A DNA stretch of 64,000 bases from Porphyridium purpureum. Its lineage: Eukaryota. Below are positions 1 to 10,501 of this stretch, piece after piece. The notes below the pieces were generated by a model. It was not told the origin of the DNA and did not search any database. It saw only the letters and a list, made by a program, of their open reading frames with translations. The first letter of the stretch is position 1. Each line of letters begins with the position of its first letter. The stretch lies in the NCBI GenBank assembly GCA_008690995.1, contig VRMN01000002.1:1860001-1924000 (forward strand). Direction: 5' to 3'. The translations under genes and the position numbers were made by a program.

Positions 1-1712
1 AAAAGTACATGATTGCCGCTCCTATAATCTTTCAAAACTACACTCCGCCGCCAGAAACCGATTTTGTGTTGCAGTTTGTGAAGCTTGTGTCGGCAATGTG
101 GACCGACCGATACCGACTGCCTGGAGTGTCTGATGCAGACATGGATGCAGATGGTCACGACGATGTGTGCGGTGTTTGCAGAGAACCAGGGCAGTTATTG
201 TGCTGTGATGGATGCCCAAAGACGTCGCATCTGATGTGCGTTCAGCCGAAAATGAGCGCACTTCCAGAAGGCGACTGGTTTTGTGACACGTGTACCGCGG
301 CGGGCGTGTCTGGTACGGTCGTAAGCAAGAAGCAGCTCGCGCGACTGAATGCGGATGTGGTTCGACCGCACTTGTTCAAGAGGCTTGTGGGGCTGCATAA
401 TCAATTTGGAACCGCCGAGCAACAGGATGCGCTTGAGTTTTTACAGTTTTTCCTAGAAAAAGTTGTGCGCGCGGAATTCACTTTTCAGCAGCGAGAACAA
501 ATGGCTTGTATTGATGGGACTGAGCAGCTTTTTACCTTTGAACTCGAAGACCGGTTCCAGTGCCATCAGTCGTCGAAGGTTCGTTATCACACGAGAAAGG
601 ACAATGTGCTCAGTCTGCAAATTCCACTCGACAAGGCTGTGAACGACTTCCCTGTCGCGGCTCGCAAGAGGCCGAGAGGGTTGACAGACTCAGACGGAGC
701 TGCAGAAACCGAGGACAATGCGCGTCCTAAAGTGCCTTTTAGTGCATGTGTGGAACAGTTTGAAATGCAGGAAACCATCGCGGACTTTTACTCCTCTGCG
801 ACCAAATCGAAAGGCCTGGCAACGAAGCAGACGCGATTCAAAAGCTTTCCGCCGTACCTTCTCGTTCACTTGCGTAGGTACTATGTGGCTGAGGACTGGA
901 CAGCGAAAAAGCTGGATGTTTCTGTGGAACCACCGCGGACGATCAATCTCGAACACCTGCGCTCTGGGGGAGGTGTCCAGCCTGGTGAGGAACTGTTGCC
1001 GGAGGAGAGTGACGGTCCTGCTGGAGCATGCAAAGCTGGTGTTCCGACAGGTGCACCGTCCGCAGCTCTTGAACCAGATCCAAGTATTGTCGCTCAACTC
1101 GTGAGCATGGGATTTTCGGAAAACGGGAGCAAGCGTGCAGCGCTATCAACCAAGAATGCAGACGTCGAGACGTGCACGAACTGGGTGATTGAACACATGG
1201 ATGATCCGGACTTCAATGATCCACCAACTGTACTTACGGGATCCTCTGCTCCAGCTTCTGCGGTATCAGTGTCGGAGCAGCACCCGGCAGTATCTGCTGA
1301 ACATGTGGCCTCGCTCTCAGACATGGGCTTTACGGTAGCGCATGCCTCTGCGGCGCTGGCGCACTGCCAGAATAACCTTGAACGCGCAGCAGACTGGTTG
1401 TTCAATCACGCCGATAACTTGGACGACGCGGTGAAAGAAATCTCGTCACACGTCGAACGGCCCGAGAACGCGGGCGTGTCTGGCGCATCGTCGCACGCTG
1501 CCGGCCGCGCCGCTGTCATCGATGGTGCTGGCAAGTACGAGCTGATCGGGTTCCTGAGCCACATGGGCAGCAACACCAGCTGTGGCCACTACGTCGCTCA
1601 CCTGCGCCGTGACGGCAAGTGGGTTCTCTTCAACGATGAAAAGGTCGCCGTGTCCGAGAACACGCCGTTCGACTCGGGCTACATCTACATGTACAGACGC
1701 ACTGCCCCCTGA
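1..1712 (+). CDS. Ubiquitin carboxyl-terminal hydrolase USP5/USP13/UBP14 family (5' truncated), with two UBA domains and an inserted PHD finger
   Basis: QQDALEF motif, FKSFPPYL, two UBA-like units (QLVSMGFSENGSKRA; SLSDMGFTVAHASAAL...LERAADWLF), His box SHMGSNTSCGHYVAH...WVLFNDEKV. The Cys box and ZnF-UBP are not in the window, and the frame is open to the window edge. Confidence 0.93.
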   Translation, partial: KYMIAAPIIFQNYTPPPETDFVLQFVKLVSAMWTDRYRLPGVSDADMDADGHDDVCGVCREPGQLLCCDGCPKTSHLMCVQPKMSALPEGDWFCDTCTAAGVSGTVVSKKQLARLNADVVRPHLFKRLVGLHNQFGTAEQQDALEFLQFFLEKVVRAEFTFQQREQMACIDGTEQLFTFELEDRFQCHQSSKVRYHTRKDNVLSLQIPLDKAVNDFPVAARKRPRGLTDSDGAAETEDNARPKVPFSACVEQFEMQETIADFYSSATKSKGLATKQTRFKSFPPYLLVHLRRYYVAEDWTAKKLDVSVEPPRTINLEHLRSGGGVQPGEELLPEESDGPAGACKAGVPTGAPSAALEPDPSIVAQLVSMGFSENGSKRAALSTKNADVETCTNWVIEHMDDPDFNDPPTVLTGSSAPASAVSVSEQHPAVSAEHVASLSDMGFTVAHASAALAHCQNNLERAADWLFNHADNLDDAVKEISSHVERPENAGVSGASSHAAGRAAVIDGAGKYELIGFLSHMGSNTSCGHYVAHLRRDGKWVLFNDEKVAVSENTPFDSGYIYMYRRTAP

Positions 1713-2048
1713 AACCTTCCTCGCGTCTGTCGACACCGTTCCAAACCTGGTTCTCGTGAAAAGGTCAGCTGTCACTGTACCTCACCTTAATTTAGTACAG
1801 TAAATGCACTGTAAGCGCTCAAAAAACCCCAGAAAAGGCGGTTCAAAGTACGGTTTAGCTGTACATTTTCCGCAGGCACGAAAAATTTCGGCCGAGATTT
1901 TCGTGCTCGCGGGGTGGTCGAATGGCTGCGCCGGAAGCGGACGCCCAGGAGCAGCCGCGCACCTAGACACAACAGCGAGCGACTCTGTTTTGTGCGCTGT
2001 GAGGCATTCTCTCATCTTGGACTCTGGGGTTTGCGCGCGCAAACAATC

Positions 2049-3266
2049 ATGTCCACGCTCCCGTGTTTTATTGTCGGTGGTGCGCGGCCGTTTGCGGGTG
2101 TCCCGGCCAACGCGCTCGTCGTGAAAGAGCGCGACGTGCGATGTGTCGCTGTGCCGGCGCTCGGTCGCCGCCGCGTGGCTGTGCAGATGATGAGCGTGGC
2201 GGGAAATGATGACGATCGCGCGCAGGTCGCGTCGCCTTGGGTGAAGGAGTCTCGTCGTGTGGAGTGTGTGGACACCCAGAACCGGAAGTGGACGTTTGGG
2301 AGCGACGTGTACCGCCACGTGTCCTCGTCGGGAACACCGAGCAAGGCACCGCTGCTCTTAATTCATACCTCAACAGGCCTGGGCGTGAATCGCACTTATT
2401 GGAACCCATTCTTTCGATTTATGTGCTCCGTTTCGGCTGGATCGGATTTGTCCAATTACGACCTGCACCGATTCGACTGGATTTGTACGGGCGACTCGGA
2501 GCCGAAGCCAAGCAAGGTCTCTGCGCCATTTTCCATCGATGATTACGTGCTCCAGCTCGAGACTTATGTGCGCAAGATCCGAGACGAATCAGGGCAACGT
2601 GCAGTGTTAGTGGGACAAGGAAGCGTGGAGGCAGTGGCGCTGACGTTTGTTGCAAAGCATCCCGATCTGCTGCACAGTTTTATTATTGTACGCGGGATCA
2701 GTGAGAAATACTTGACCGCTGAGGTGCCAGAGTGGCGCAAAAAGTTGGTTTTCGGAATTTTGAATTCGCCTGCGGGCGATGCATTCTGGAAACTTGTCGC
2801 GAATCGCAGATACATCGAAGGCTTTTCGCGTAAGAATATTATTCGCGACGAGCGTGTTTTGGACGAATGGTGCGATCTCGCGCTGGAAGGAGCACAGGAT
2901 CCAAACGTGCGCTTTGGTGTGTTTTCTTTCATTTCAGGTCACTTGTTCGGTGACTTTCGCCCGCTGATGTCTCAGATTTCGATCCCGACCGTTTTCATCA
3001 CGGGGGACAAGACGACAAGCGCCAAACTTGACACGCGAATGCAGAGCGTTCGCCCTCCCATCGGTCTTCTTGCCAAGGAGTATACCTTCCGAGAAGATCG
3101 CGACAAGCGCGTTGTGTTCCACAAGCAGCACATCCCCAAGGTCCAGGTGGTTACCGTGAACGACGTGGGTACGGAAGTGTCCTTTGAGCGGCCCGACTTG
3201 CTGGTGTCCGTTTTGGACAAAGCCCTTACGTCCCTTAATGCCAATCAGCCATCCATGGCCAACTGA
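2049..3266 (+). CDS. Alpha/beta-hydrolase fold protein, probably plastid-targeted
   Basis: PLLLIH...YWNPF...FDWICTGDSEPKP...YVLQLE pattern and IPTVFITGD. The N-terminus resembles a transit peptide. First ATG is at 2049. Confidence 0.75.
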   Translation: MSTLPCFIVGGARPFAGVPANALVVKERDVRCVAVPALGRRRVAVQMMSVAGNDDDRAQVASPWVKESRRVECVDTQNRKWTFGSDVYRHVSSSGTPSKAPLLLIHTSTGLGVNRTYWNPFFRFMCSVSAGSDLSNYDLHRFDWICTGDSEPKPSKVSAPFSIDDYVLQLETYVRKIRDESGQRAVLVGQGSVEAVALTFVAKHPDLLHSFIIVRGISEKYLTAEVPEWRKKLVFGILNSPAGDAFWKLVANRRYIEGFSRKNIIRDERVLDEWCDLALEGAQDPNVRFGVFSFISGHLFGDFRPLMSQISIPTVFITGDKTTSAKLDTRMQSVRPPIGLLAKEYTFREDRDKRVVFHKQHIPKVQVVTVNDVGTEVSFERPDLLVSVLDKALTSLNANQPSMAN

Positions 3267-3512
3267 CCAGCATATAAATTGCGCCTACGTCGACAAGAAA
3301 ACTGAATGAATAAAGTCGGCAACGTCCTTGGTTTGATGCATTTCAAACACCTCGTCCGCCTCAAAGAATGCATCGCAGGACCAACTCGGGCATCGGCACG
3401 CTGCTCGCCGCCCTACATTTTGAGCGTCCGACGTTGTCACGCGAGGTACACTGGGAAAGCGAAAGCAAGGAGAGGAGAAAGGCGCTTGGACTTGAAGATC
3501 GGCAGTAGCAAA

Positions 3513-3962
3513 ATGGCAGGTGACGCGCCCGTAGTCGACACGCAGGAATGGACTGGGCAATGCTACTGCGGAAAAGTGCAGTGGAAAGTGTCCGGGCCTT
3601 TGTTGTTCACGGCATACTGCCATTGCACCGCGTGTCGCGGATTTGGGGGAGCACCATACTATGAGTTTGCGGCTTTCAACTTGGACGATTACTGCGTTGT
3701 CCAAGGCACAGACCAAATTCTAAAAGTAGCCACGATCCCGGGAAGCCCGTACTTGCGCGGCAGGTGCGCGAATTGTGGATGCTCGATTGCATGCACCAAG
3801 GACTCCGAGCCCAAGTGGCTCAGCATCCCGCTAGGCACAGTCAAGGAGTACGCGGGTGTGCCGGGACGACAAATGCACTTTAACTACGCGTTCAAGCTGC
3901 CATGGGTAGATTTTGAGAACGACGGCTTGCCCAAGTTTCCGGGGATGCCTGGACAGGAGTAG
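3513..3962 (+). CDS. GFA/CENP-V family zinc-binding protein
   Basis: GQCYCGKV...CHCTACR...CANCG cysteine pattern. Likely ATG at 3513. Confidence 0.88.
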   Translation: MAGDAPVVDTQEWTGQCYCGKVQWKVSGPLLFTAYCHCTACRGFGGAPYYEFAAFNLDDYCVVQGTDQILKVATIPGSPYLRGRCANCGCSIACTKDSEPKWLSIPLGTVKEYAGVPGRQMHFNYAFKLPWVDFENDGLPKFPGMPGQE

Positions 3963-4090
3963 CTAGACACAAAGGCGTGATTGGTTAAGATGACGTCGCA
4001 GTCTTGCATGGAGCGCCATTTGCTCATCAGACACCGGCGTAGATCCCATTGGTTCTTTGTTCAATCCTCTACTTGCTACGCCGTGCTACC

Positions 4091-5389
4091 TCACGTAGTT
4101 CCGAAGTAGCGGCTGTCAAATTTACCAACACCAGGCACGACAAAGCCGTCCGGACCACATCGTGCGTCAATGTTGGAGGTGATGAATCGCACGGATGGGA
4201 AGCGACCACACAAGCTCTTGAGCGCCTCTGGACTGGCAATGAGGCCCAAGTAGATTATATTCTCTTCCCGGCACCCCTTCTCCTTGAGAAATTCAATCGC
4301 GCACGCCACCGTGCTGCCGCTGTCAAGCACAGGGTCCATCAGAAGCAGATGAAAGCTCTCGACATTTGACGGCAGAGACTCGAACACGACTCTTCTGTGG
4401 GGGTCTACCTTGGACGGGCCATGTTCAATCAATAACTTGCTGACCACTACACCCTGACACACCATGTTCAACGCGCTTTCCATGGCCTCGCCACCGCGAA
4501 TGATGCTGACGCCCAGAATGTTCTTGGCGTACTCAATGCCGTAGTACGTGTGGCCTGTGGGCGTCTGGACTGCCTTGCTTTGAAACGGAAGCAGTGACAG
4601 CGCGTATTCAACGACTAAACGGATCAAGCGGTCGGCACTGAATACAAACTCTTCGCGGGTCACGGTGCGGTCGCGAAAGCTCGTGTGGAGCCCGCGTATT
4701 TGCGAATTGTCATTCATGAGGTAGAGATTAGAAAAGAGCTTGCGCAGGTCGTGCTGTCGCATTTTCAGCTCCATGTGCTTCACAATCAAGTCGATTGCAA
4801 TCAAGTTCTCGCCCCCGCGTGGCACAATGATGTCTGCGTGTCGCTTGGTCGGTAAAATAAACTCATCGTACGCCGGTTTGACGAATTTTTCATACTGCAG
4901 AATCACCGAATCGATCGAACGCCCGCGCGAACGCACGTCCCTTTTGATTCTGCGACACAGACACACGTCCGAGTCTTCGTCCACAAAAACCTTCATGTGC
5001 ATGAGCGATCGCACCTGATTAGAGTAGAAGCTTAAAATGCCTTCCACAATGATCACATCCGCCGGTTGGATGACGTGTGAGCCGCTCTGCCTGTGCGTCG
5101 TAAAGTCGTAAACAGGTACTTGAACGTCTTGGCGCTTACGCATGTTCTGCAGCGTCTCCTGGAGCAAGTCAAAATCAAACGCGTTCGGGTGGTCAAAGTT
5201 GTATTCGAGCGGGTCTGTGCCAGGTGGCATGCCCTTGTAGAACCAGTCCAGACACACGACCACACATCGATGACTTCCGATTCCGCGGATGATCTTGTTG
5301 CACACCGTTGTCTTTCCCGATGCACTTGCCCCTGTCACTCCGATAATAAAAGGTTCGACAGAGTTGTCCTCTGCGGGTAGCTCTGCCAT
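4091..5389 (-). CDS. Uridine kinase / uracil phosphoribosyltransferase fusion (UKL/UCKL1-like)
   Basis: IIGVTGASASGKTT P-loop, YNFDHPNAFD, RDVRSRGR. C-terminal UPRT domain: FVFSADRLIRL, GVSIIRGGE, VPGVGKF. Confidence 0.93.
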   Translation of the reverse strand: MAELPAEDNSVEPFIIGVTGASASGKTTVCNKIIRGIGSHRCVVVCLDWFYKGMPPGTDPLEYNFDHPNAFDFDLLQETLQNMRKRQDVQVPVYDFTTHRQSGSHVIQPADVIIVEGILSFYSNQVRSLMHMKVFVDEDSDVCLCRRIKRDVRSRGRSIDSVILQYEKFVKPAYDEFILPTKRHADIIVPRGGENLIAIDLIVKHMELKMRQHDLRKLFSNLYLMNDNSQIRGLHTSFRDRTVTREEFVFSADRLIRLVVEYALSLLPFQSKAVQTPTGHTYYGIEYAKNILGVSIIRGGEAMESALNMVCQGVVVSKLLIEHGPSKVDPHRRVVFESLPSNVESFHLLLMDPVLDSGSTVACAIEFLKEKGCREENIIYLGLIASPEALKSLCGRFPSVRFITSNIDARCGPDGFVVPGVGKFDSRYFGTT

Positions 5390-5512
5390 GCTCCCAGAGT
5401 TCTCCTTCCGACCAACAATCGATGCGATTTTCTTTGCCGCTTCTGCGCGTCGACTCTCACCCGGCACCAGCCCGATTCTTTAGAAGCATCGCCCCAGCGG
5501 AGCTGAAGCGCA

Positions 5513-6544
5513 ATGTTGGCAATGTTTGTCGGTGGTTTATCGGTCGATGGGCGGCGATCATGGACAGGACGTGAGCGACCGCCGTACTCGGCATCAGCGA
5601 CTGTAAGGCCGAGGCAAAATGAAGGCCGCGTCGCAAGACTGCGCGGGAAGTGCCGGGATCTCAACATGAAGAGCAAGACAGTGGTCGTGACCGGCGCGTC
5701 CAAGGGCCTTGGCCTGGAACTGGCGCGTGAGTTTGCGAAGCAAGGCCATTCCGTGGTGATGGGATCGCGCGACGTAGGTGTGCTCGAAGCTGCCGCGAAG
5801 AGTGTGCAGAGGGACGCACGCGAGGGCGTCGCAGTTTTACCTCTGCAGCTTGATGTCCGGGAACAGGCTTCCATCGAGGCGTTCTGGGCTGAGATGAAGC
5901 AGAGCGGCGTAGGATCCGTTGATATGTGGGTAAACAATGCAGGCACAAATGCGTATAACAGAGTGGCTGTGTACGAGCAAAGCGCCGAAGATGTAGCCCT
6001 CGTCGTGGACACAAATTTAAAGGGCACTTTGCTTTGTTGCCGCCAAGCGATTTTGTGCATGCGAGAGCAGCCGTTTGGCGGCCATATTTTCAATGTCGAC
6101 GGTGCTGGCGTCTTCGGGACCCCTACAGCCGGCTACGCGGCATACGGCGCCACCAAACGTGCTCAGCCCCAGCTTATGAAGAGCCTCAATGCAGAACTGA
6201 AAGGAAGCGATATTCAGAATATAGGAGTCCATCTGATCTCACCCGGGCTCGTGCTGACAGACCTTTTATTGGCAGGAAGCACACCAGCGATCCGTTTCTT
6301 TTTCAATTTTCTTGCCGAAGAGCCGGCGACAGTTGCCACATGGCTTGTACCCCGAATGGTCGCAACAACAGGTCGCGGACAATACCACAAATATTTGAAA
6401 GTGCCATTTGCGTTCTTGAAAATTGCAACCGGATTCGTCTTTAGGCAGAATCGCTACTTTGACCGTGCCGGTGTTCGTGTTCGGCGCTCGGATAACGAGC
6501 GCTTCAGTACGTCCGGTGTTCGTCTGCCGGAAGATACGCAATGA
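5513..6544 (+). CDS. Short-chain dehydrogenase, NOL/NYC1 (chlorophyll b reductase)-like
   Basis: VTGASKGLG, WVNNAG, YGATKR, VHLISPGLVLTDLL, FFFNFLAEEP..VA..LVP resemble the NOL/NYC1 subfamily. Confidence 0.75.
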   Translation: MLAMFVGGLSVDGRRSWTGRERPPYSASATVRPRQNEGRVARLRGKCRDLNMKSKTVVVTGASKGLGLELAREFAKQGHSVVMGSRDVGVLEAAAKSVQRDAREGVAVLPLQLDVREQASIEAFWAEMKQSGVGSVDMWVNNAGTNAYNRVAVYEQSAEDVALVVDTNLKGTLLCCRQAILCMREQPFGGHIFNVDGAGVFGTPTAGYAAYGATKRAQPQLMKSLNAELKGSDIQNIGVHLISPGLVLTDLLLAGSTPAIRFFFNFLAEEPATVATWLVPRMVATTGRGQYHKYLKVPFAFLKIATGFVFRQNRYFDRAGVRVRRSDNERFSTSGVRLPEDTQ

Positions 6545-6701
6545 TGACGAAGTCGAAATAAAATAGGAGCAGCCGGGGCACGCACTTTTTCATGGAATCT
6601 TCTCGACGATCGGATGACCAGGATATGAGCCAATGAAGCGGATGCAACGAAACGATTGTTCGAGGTGATACCCCTGCGGCCCTCCGGGTAGTCCTCTGCA
6701 A

Positions 6702-7057
6702 CTACAATGTCGGTGCAGGTTGCTGCGTGGGGAGCAGACCAAAGCGCTTTTTGAGAGCGACTCGCTGTCTGCTCATCTTATCGTCTGGTGAGAAACGCGC
6801 TGTACGAAAACGCAAAGGAGGAACACAAGAGCCGACAATAGAACAGGAGTCAAAATAGCGAAAGGAGAAACATCCGCACATGCATCCGTCAGAAACCTGC
6901 CCCTTAAAACGTTCAACGCTGTGCACCGCTCGAATCATGCACCAAACACAGTTCGTGTAACACGCAACATACCTGGATGCGCACTCAGCGTCGGCCTGCC
7001 ATCCGGCTCGATCTTCTTCAGGGTGTAGTTCCCCGCAGAGTCTTTCATCAGATACAT
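6702..7057 (-). CDS. NOP10: H/ACA snoRNP subunit NOP10, two exons (7057-6973, 6799-6702)
   Basis: Manual splice gives [60 protein letters not shown] (60 aa). The GTATGT...TACAG intron is at 6972-6800. Confidence 0.95.
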
Positions 7058-7514
7058 GACGGCGAGTCGTTGCCTCCTACCCACCGACACACCCCGCAAA
7101 GTCCCGCGCGAATTGTGGAAAAGCCCTTCGGGACGCTCCTACTCCTGCTCCTGCACCCGCTCCACACGCACGTACTTATCTTCCAGGGCGCTGATACTTC
7201 TTGCTCGCAACCGATCCACGCCTCCCTTAGCTCCTCCCCTTGCCGACTTGCTTCGCGCCGCGTGAACATCACACGCCGGCGCATTTTTTCTTTGCGGAAG
7301 ACAATAACTTTCTCAGCCTTTTCCTTTCTCTGTTTCGCGCGTGCCTGTTTTCGAGGGGCTTTTACGGTTTTCATTCTGGGTTCGAGTTTCAGACGTGTTC
7401 GTGTCCAACACGAACACGATGAAGGCGGAGGAGCGGCAGCGGGGGGGAACATGGTGTGGCGGTGAAGAGGGTAAGGAGGAGATAGGGACGTTTGGGGGGT
7501 TGGGGGGAGGGGAG

Positions 7515-9470
7515 ATGATGGGAGAGCGAGGTGGTGGAGTATGCAGCTGGGCGCTGCTGTGCGCGGCGCTGATGCTGTGGATCGGCCCGCGCGCAGCGCC
7601 AGGGCGGGGCATCGCGCTCGCGTGGTACCTGCCTGGCATCTCGCCAGTGGACTACGAGGCCGGATCGCCGCTCGAGGTGTTTGCAAACAAGCTCACCTCG
7701 CCGAAGAATCAGGTTCCGTACGATTACTACACGCTCCCGGTCTGCGGCTCGGAGGAAAAGTATCGATCCAAGAAGGTGAACCTCGGCCAGCTTCTGGTCG
7801 GGGAGCGCGCCAAGCCCACGGACTACGACCTGCGCATGATGATCCCAGAGACATGCAAAATCATGTGCAATAAGACGCTCGACGCTAAGGGCGTGCGAAG
7901 ACTGAAGAAGCGCATCCGCGATCTATATTCTGTGCGCCTCAACATGGACAACATGCCGCTCGTTGTGAAGGGACGCACCAAGGCCGGATCTGTCGCGTAT
8001 CATTTTGGTTACCCTCTAGGATTTGTCACAGACGACGAAACATACATCAGCAACCATCTCAAGTTCAGAGTGCTTTTCCATCGGAGCTCAATTCCGTCTG
8101 TCAGCAGTTCGGGTAGCATGACGCCGGCGTATCGTGTCGTCGGCTTCGAGGTCGAGCCCTGGAGCGTTGCGCACTCCATCACGGATCTGAACGCGCCAGT
8201 CAAGGTGTCGTCCTCTTGTCCAGTCAAGGCAGGCGTGGTTCCGCAGAAAGTGGAGGAAGGCGCGACAGTGTGGTACAGCTACGACGTCGAGTTCTCCGAG
8301 AGCCCGCTCGCGTGGGCCACGCGTTGGGACCCATTGATGAACGCGAATCCGGAGTTGCGTCAGATCCAGTGGTTCTCGATTGTCAATTCATTCATGATCG
8401 GTATTTTCCTAACGGCACTAGTAGGCACGATCTTGCTCCGAACCGTGCTGCGCGATTTTGTGCGATACAATCAGCTGGACGACGAGGAGGATTCGGAAGA
8501 CGTCACGGGCTGGAAGCTGGTCCATGGCGACGTGTTCCGCGCACCCGCACAACCAGCGTTACTCGCCATTCTGAATGGCGCCGGCGTGCAGATCTTTTGG
8601 ATCACGTGCGTGACACTCATCTTTGCTGTGCTTGGCTTCTTGTCTCCCGCAAATCGCGGAGGGCTTTTGACGGCGTTGGTGACATTCTTTGTGCTGGCGT
8701 CAGTCATCTCGGGCTACTCCGCGGCGAGGCTGTATGCTTGCCTGGAAGGCTCTGAGGCGCGCAGGCTCGTTTCGATGGGCTCGGCATTCTTCTTCCCGGG
8801 CATTGTATTTGGTGTCTTTTTCGTGCTCAATTTGCTCTTGTGGGCGTCTGGATCGTCAGGCGCGGTGCCATTCCCGACGCTCATTTTGCTTCTCTTCATG
8901 TGGTTTGGTATCAGCGTTCCTCTTGTTTTCCTGGGCGCGTACCTGGGCTACAAGCGAAAACCAATGGACTTCCCGGTCCGTACGAATCAGATTCCGCGCC
9001 AAATTCCGCCGCCTCCGTTCAACATTCCAAAGGCGGCGTACGCCATTCTGTCTGGCGTGCTGCCGTTTGGCACCGTCTTCATGGAACTTGTGTTCATCCT
9101 GAACTCGATTTGGCAGAATCAAGTGTACTACATGTTTGGTTTTCTGTTTCTCGTGTTCGTGATCCTCGTCCTAACGTGCGCGGAAATGAGCATTGTTTTC
9201 ACCTATCTTGCGCTGTCACACGAGGACTATAAGTGGTGGTGGCACGCGTTTGGTACCTCGGCATCCTCCGGCATCTACGTGCTGCTGTACTCGCTGTATT
9301 ACCTGATATCTCAGCCGGGCTTCCGGGGCATGAGTTTTGTGTCTGTAATCATATACCTTGGGTATATGGCTTTGGTCAGTTTTGGCTTTGCGCTTTTGTG
9401 CGGCGCAGTCGGCTTTTACAGCTCGTTCCTGTTTGTCCTCCGCATCTTTAGCGCGGTGCGAGTAGATTAA
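7515..9470 (+). CDS. Transmembrane 9 superfamily (TM9SF/EMP70) protein
   Basis: Signal peptide then WYLPG, QIQWFSIVNS, GWKLVHGDVFR, PVRTNQIPRQIP, EDYKWWW, C-terminal VRVD. Confidence 0.96.
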   Translation: MMGERGGGVCSWALLCAALMLWIGPRAAPGRGIALAWYLPGISPVDYEAGSPLEVFANKLTSPKNQVPYDYYTLPVCGSEEKYRSKKVNLGQLLVGERAKPTDYDLRMMIPETCKIMCNKTLDAKGVRRLKKRIRDLYSVRLNMDNMPLVVKGRTKAGSVAYHFGYPLGFVTDDETYISNHLKFRVLFHRSSIPSVSSSGSMTPAYRVVGFEVEPWSVAHSITDLNAPVKVSSSCPVKAGVVPQKVEEGATVWYSYDVEFSESPLAWATRWDPLMNANPELRQIQWFSIVNSFMIGIFLTALVGTILLRTVLRDFVRYNQLDDEEDSEDVTGWKLVHGDVFRAPAQPALLAILNGAGVQIFWITCVTLIFAVLGFLSPANRGGLLTALVTFFVLASVISGYSAARLYACLEGSEARRLVSMGSAFFFPGIVFGVFFVLNLLLWASGSSGAVPFPTLILLLFMWFGISVPLVFLGAYLGYKRKPMDFPVRTNQIPRQIPPPPFNIPKAAYAILSGVLPFGTVFMELVFILNSIWQNQVYYMFGFLFLVFVILVLTCAEMSIVFTYLALSHEDYKWWWHAFGTSASSGIYVLLYSLYYLISQPGFRGMSFVSVIIYLGYMALVSFGFALLCGAVGFYSSFLFVLRIFSAVRVD

Positions 9471-9595
9471 GAATTTTAAATCGCTTGGTTCTGATTAATA
9501 CAACAAGGACATTTATCACATGTGGGGGCGCAGAAGCAAAGGCGACAGCGAGGCGTTGACACTCGCGGCGCGGCACGGCGCAGAGCATTCTTTCT

Positions 9596-10501
9596 CTAGA
9601 ACCCCAGCTTAGACATGATGTTCTTGTTTTTCGCCTTTCCGTCGCCCTTTTCCAAGGCGACGGCCTTGCGCTGCTTCAAGGTGTCAATAATCAAGGACCA
9701 TTGCGGCCGCCTATCTGGATCATCCTGCCAACACTCCTGGATCAGTTTCTTGAGCTCCTCGTCGCCAAGCTTCTTCTGGCTGGGTCGTTGACCCTTTTTC
9801 ACTACAGCCACAGCCGCCTGGATCGGCAGCAGGCTCTCAAAGGGGCGCTCTTCGCAAAAGATTTCGTTGATCAGGATTGCGTACGAGTACACGTCCGCCT
9901 TGACCGAGTACTTTGTGTGCTTCGTCACTTCTGGCGCCATGTACTTGTACGATCCTGTTTCTCCGGTCATGTTACCGGACGAGTCGGCAAGCCGCGAAAA
10001 GCCAAAGTCTGTGAGCAGAGGGCTGAAATCGTCGCCCAGCAGCACGTTCGCTGGCTTGATGTCCCTGTGCACAATGTTGTTCTCCGCAAGGTACTTGAGC
10101 CCCTCGGCCAGCCCGATGGCCACGTCAAACCGCATTTCCGCGCCGCGCTTCTTGAACAAATTCTTCACGTACAGCGCGTCTCCCAGCTCGCCGTTCGAAG
10201 CATAGTCGGTAACGAGCGCGGCGGCCAGTGGTTCGCGGCTCAAGCACAACCCACAGAAGCCCACGATGTTTGGGTGCCGCAGCGTGGCCATCAGGCTCAT
10301 TTCGTTCTTCACGGCGTCGGCGTCATTGCGCAAAATTGCGACCGAGTATGCCTTGATGGCCACCTTCTTTCCCTTGTACTCCCCATTATACGTAATCCCG
10401 GACGCGCCGCGGCCCAGCACTTTCCCAAAGGTCAATTCGGACTCCTTGATTAGCCATCCTTCCTTTTCATACCTCTCGGTGAGGCCTGCAAACTGATCCA
10501 T
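9596..10501 (-). CDS. Tyrosine-kinase-like (Raf-like) Ser/Thr protein kinase
   Basis: GRGASG, VAIK, HRDIKPANVL, DFG, MTGETGSYKYMAPE, CWQDDPDRRP. ATG at 10501. Confidence 0.93.
   Translation of the reverse strand: MDQFAGLTERYEKEGWLIKESELTFGKVLGRGASGITYNGEYKGKKVAIKAYSVAILRNDADAVKNEMSLMATLRHPNIVGFCGLCLSREPLAAALVTDYASNGELGDALYVKNLFKKRGAEMRFDVAIGLAEGLKYLAENNIVHRDIKPANVLLGDDFSPLLTDFGFSRLADSSGNMTGETGSYKYMAPEVTKHTKYSVKADVYSYAILINEIFCEERPFESLLPIQAAVAVVKKGQRPSQKKLGDEELKKLIQECWQDDPDRRPQWSLIIDTLKQRKAVALEKGDGKAKNKNIMSKLGF

Noticed and set aside
1796..1813. TACAGT-N6-ACTGTA inverted repeat resembling Tc1/mariner ends
   Set aside because: Only 6 bp per arm, with no transposase or matching distal TIR found. 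Chance occurrence is plausible.
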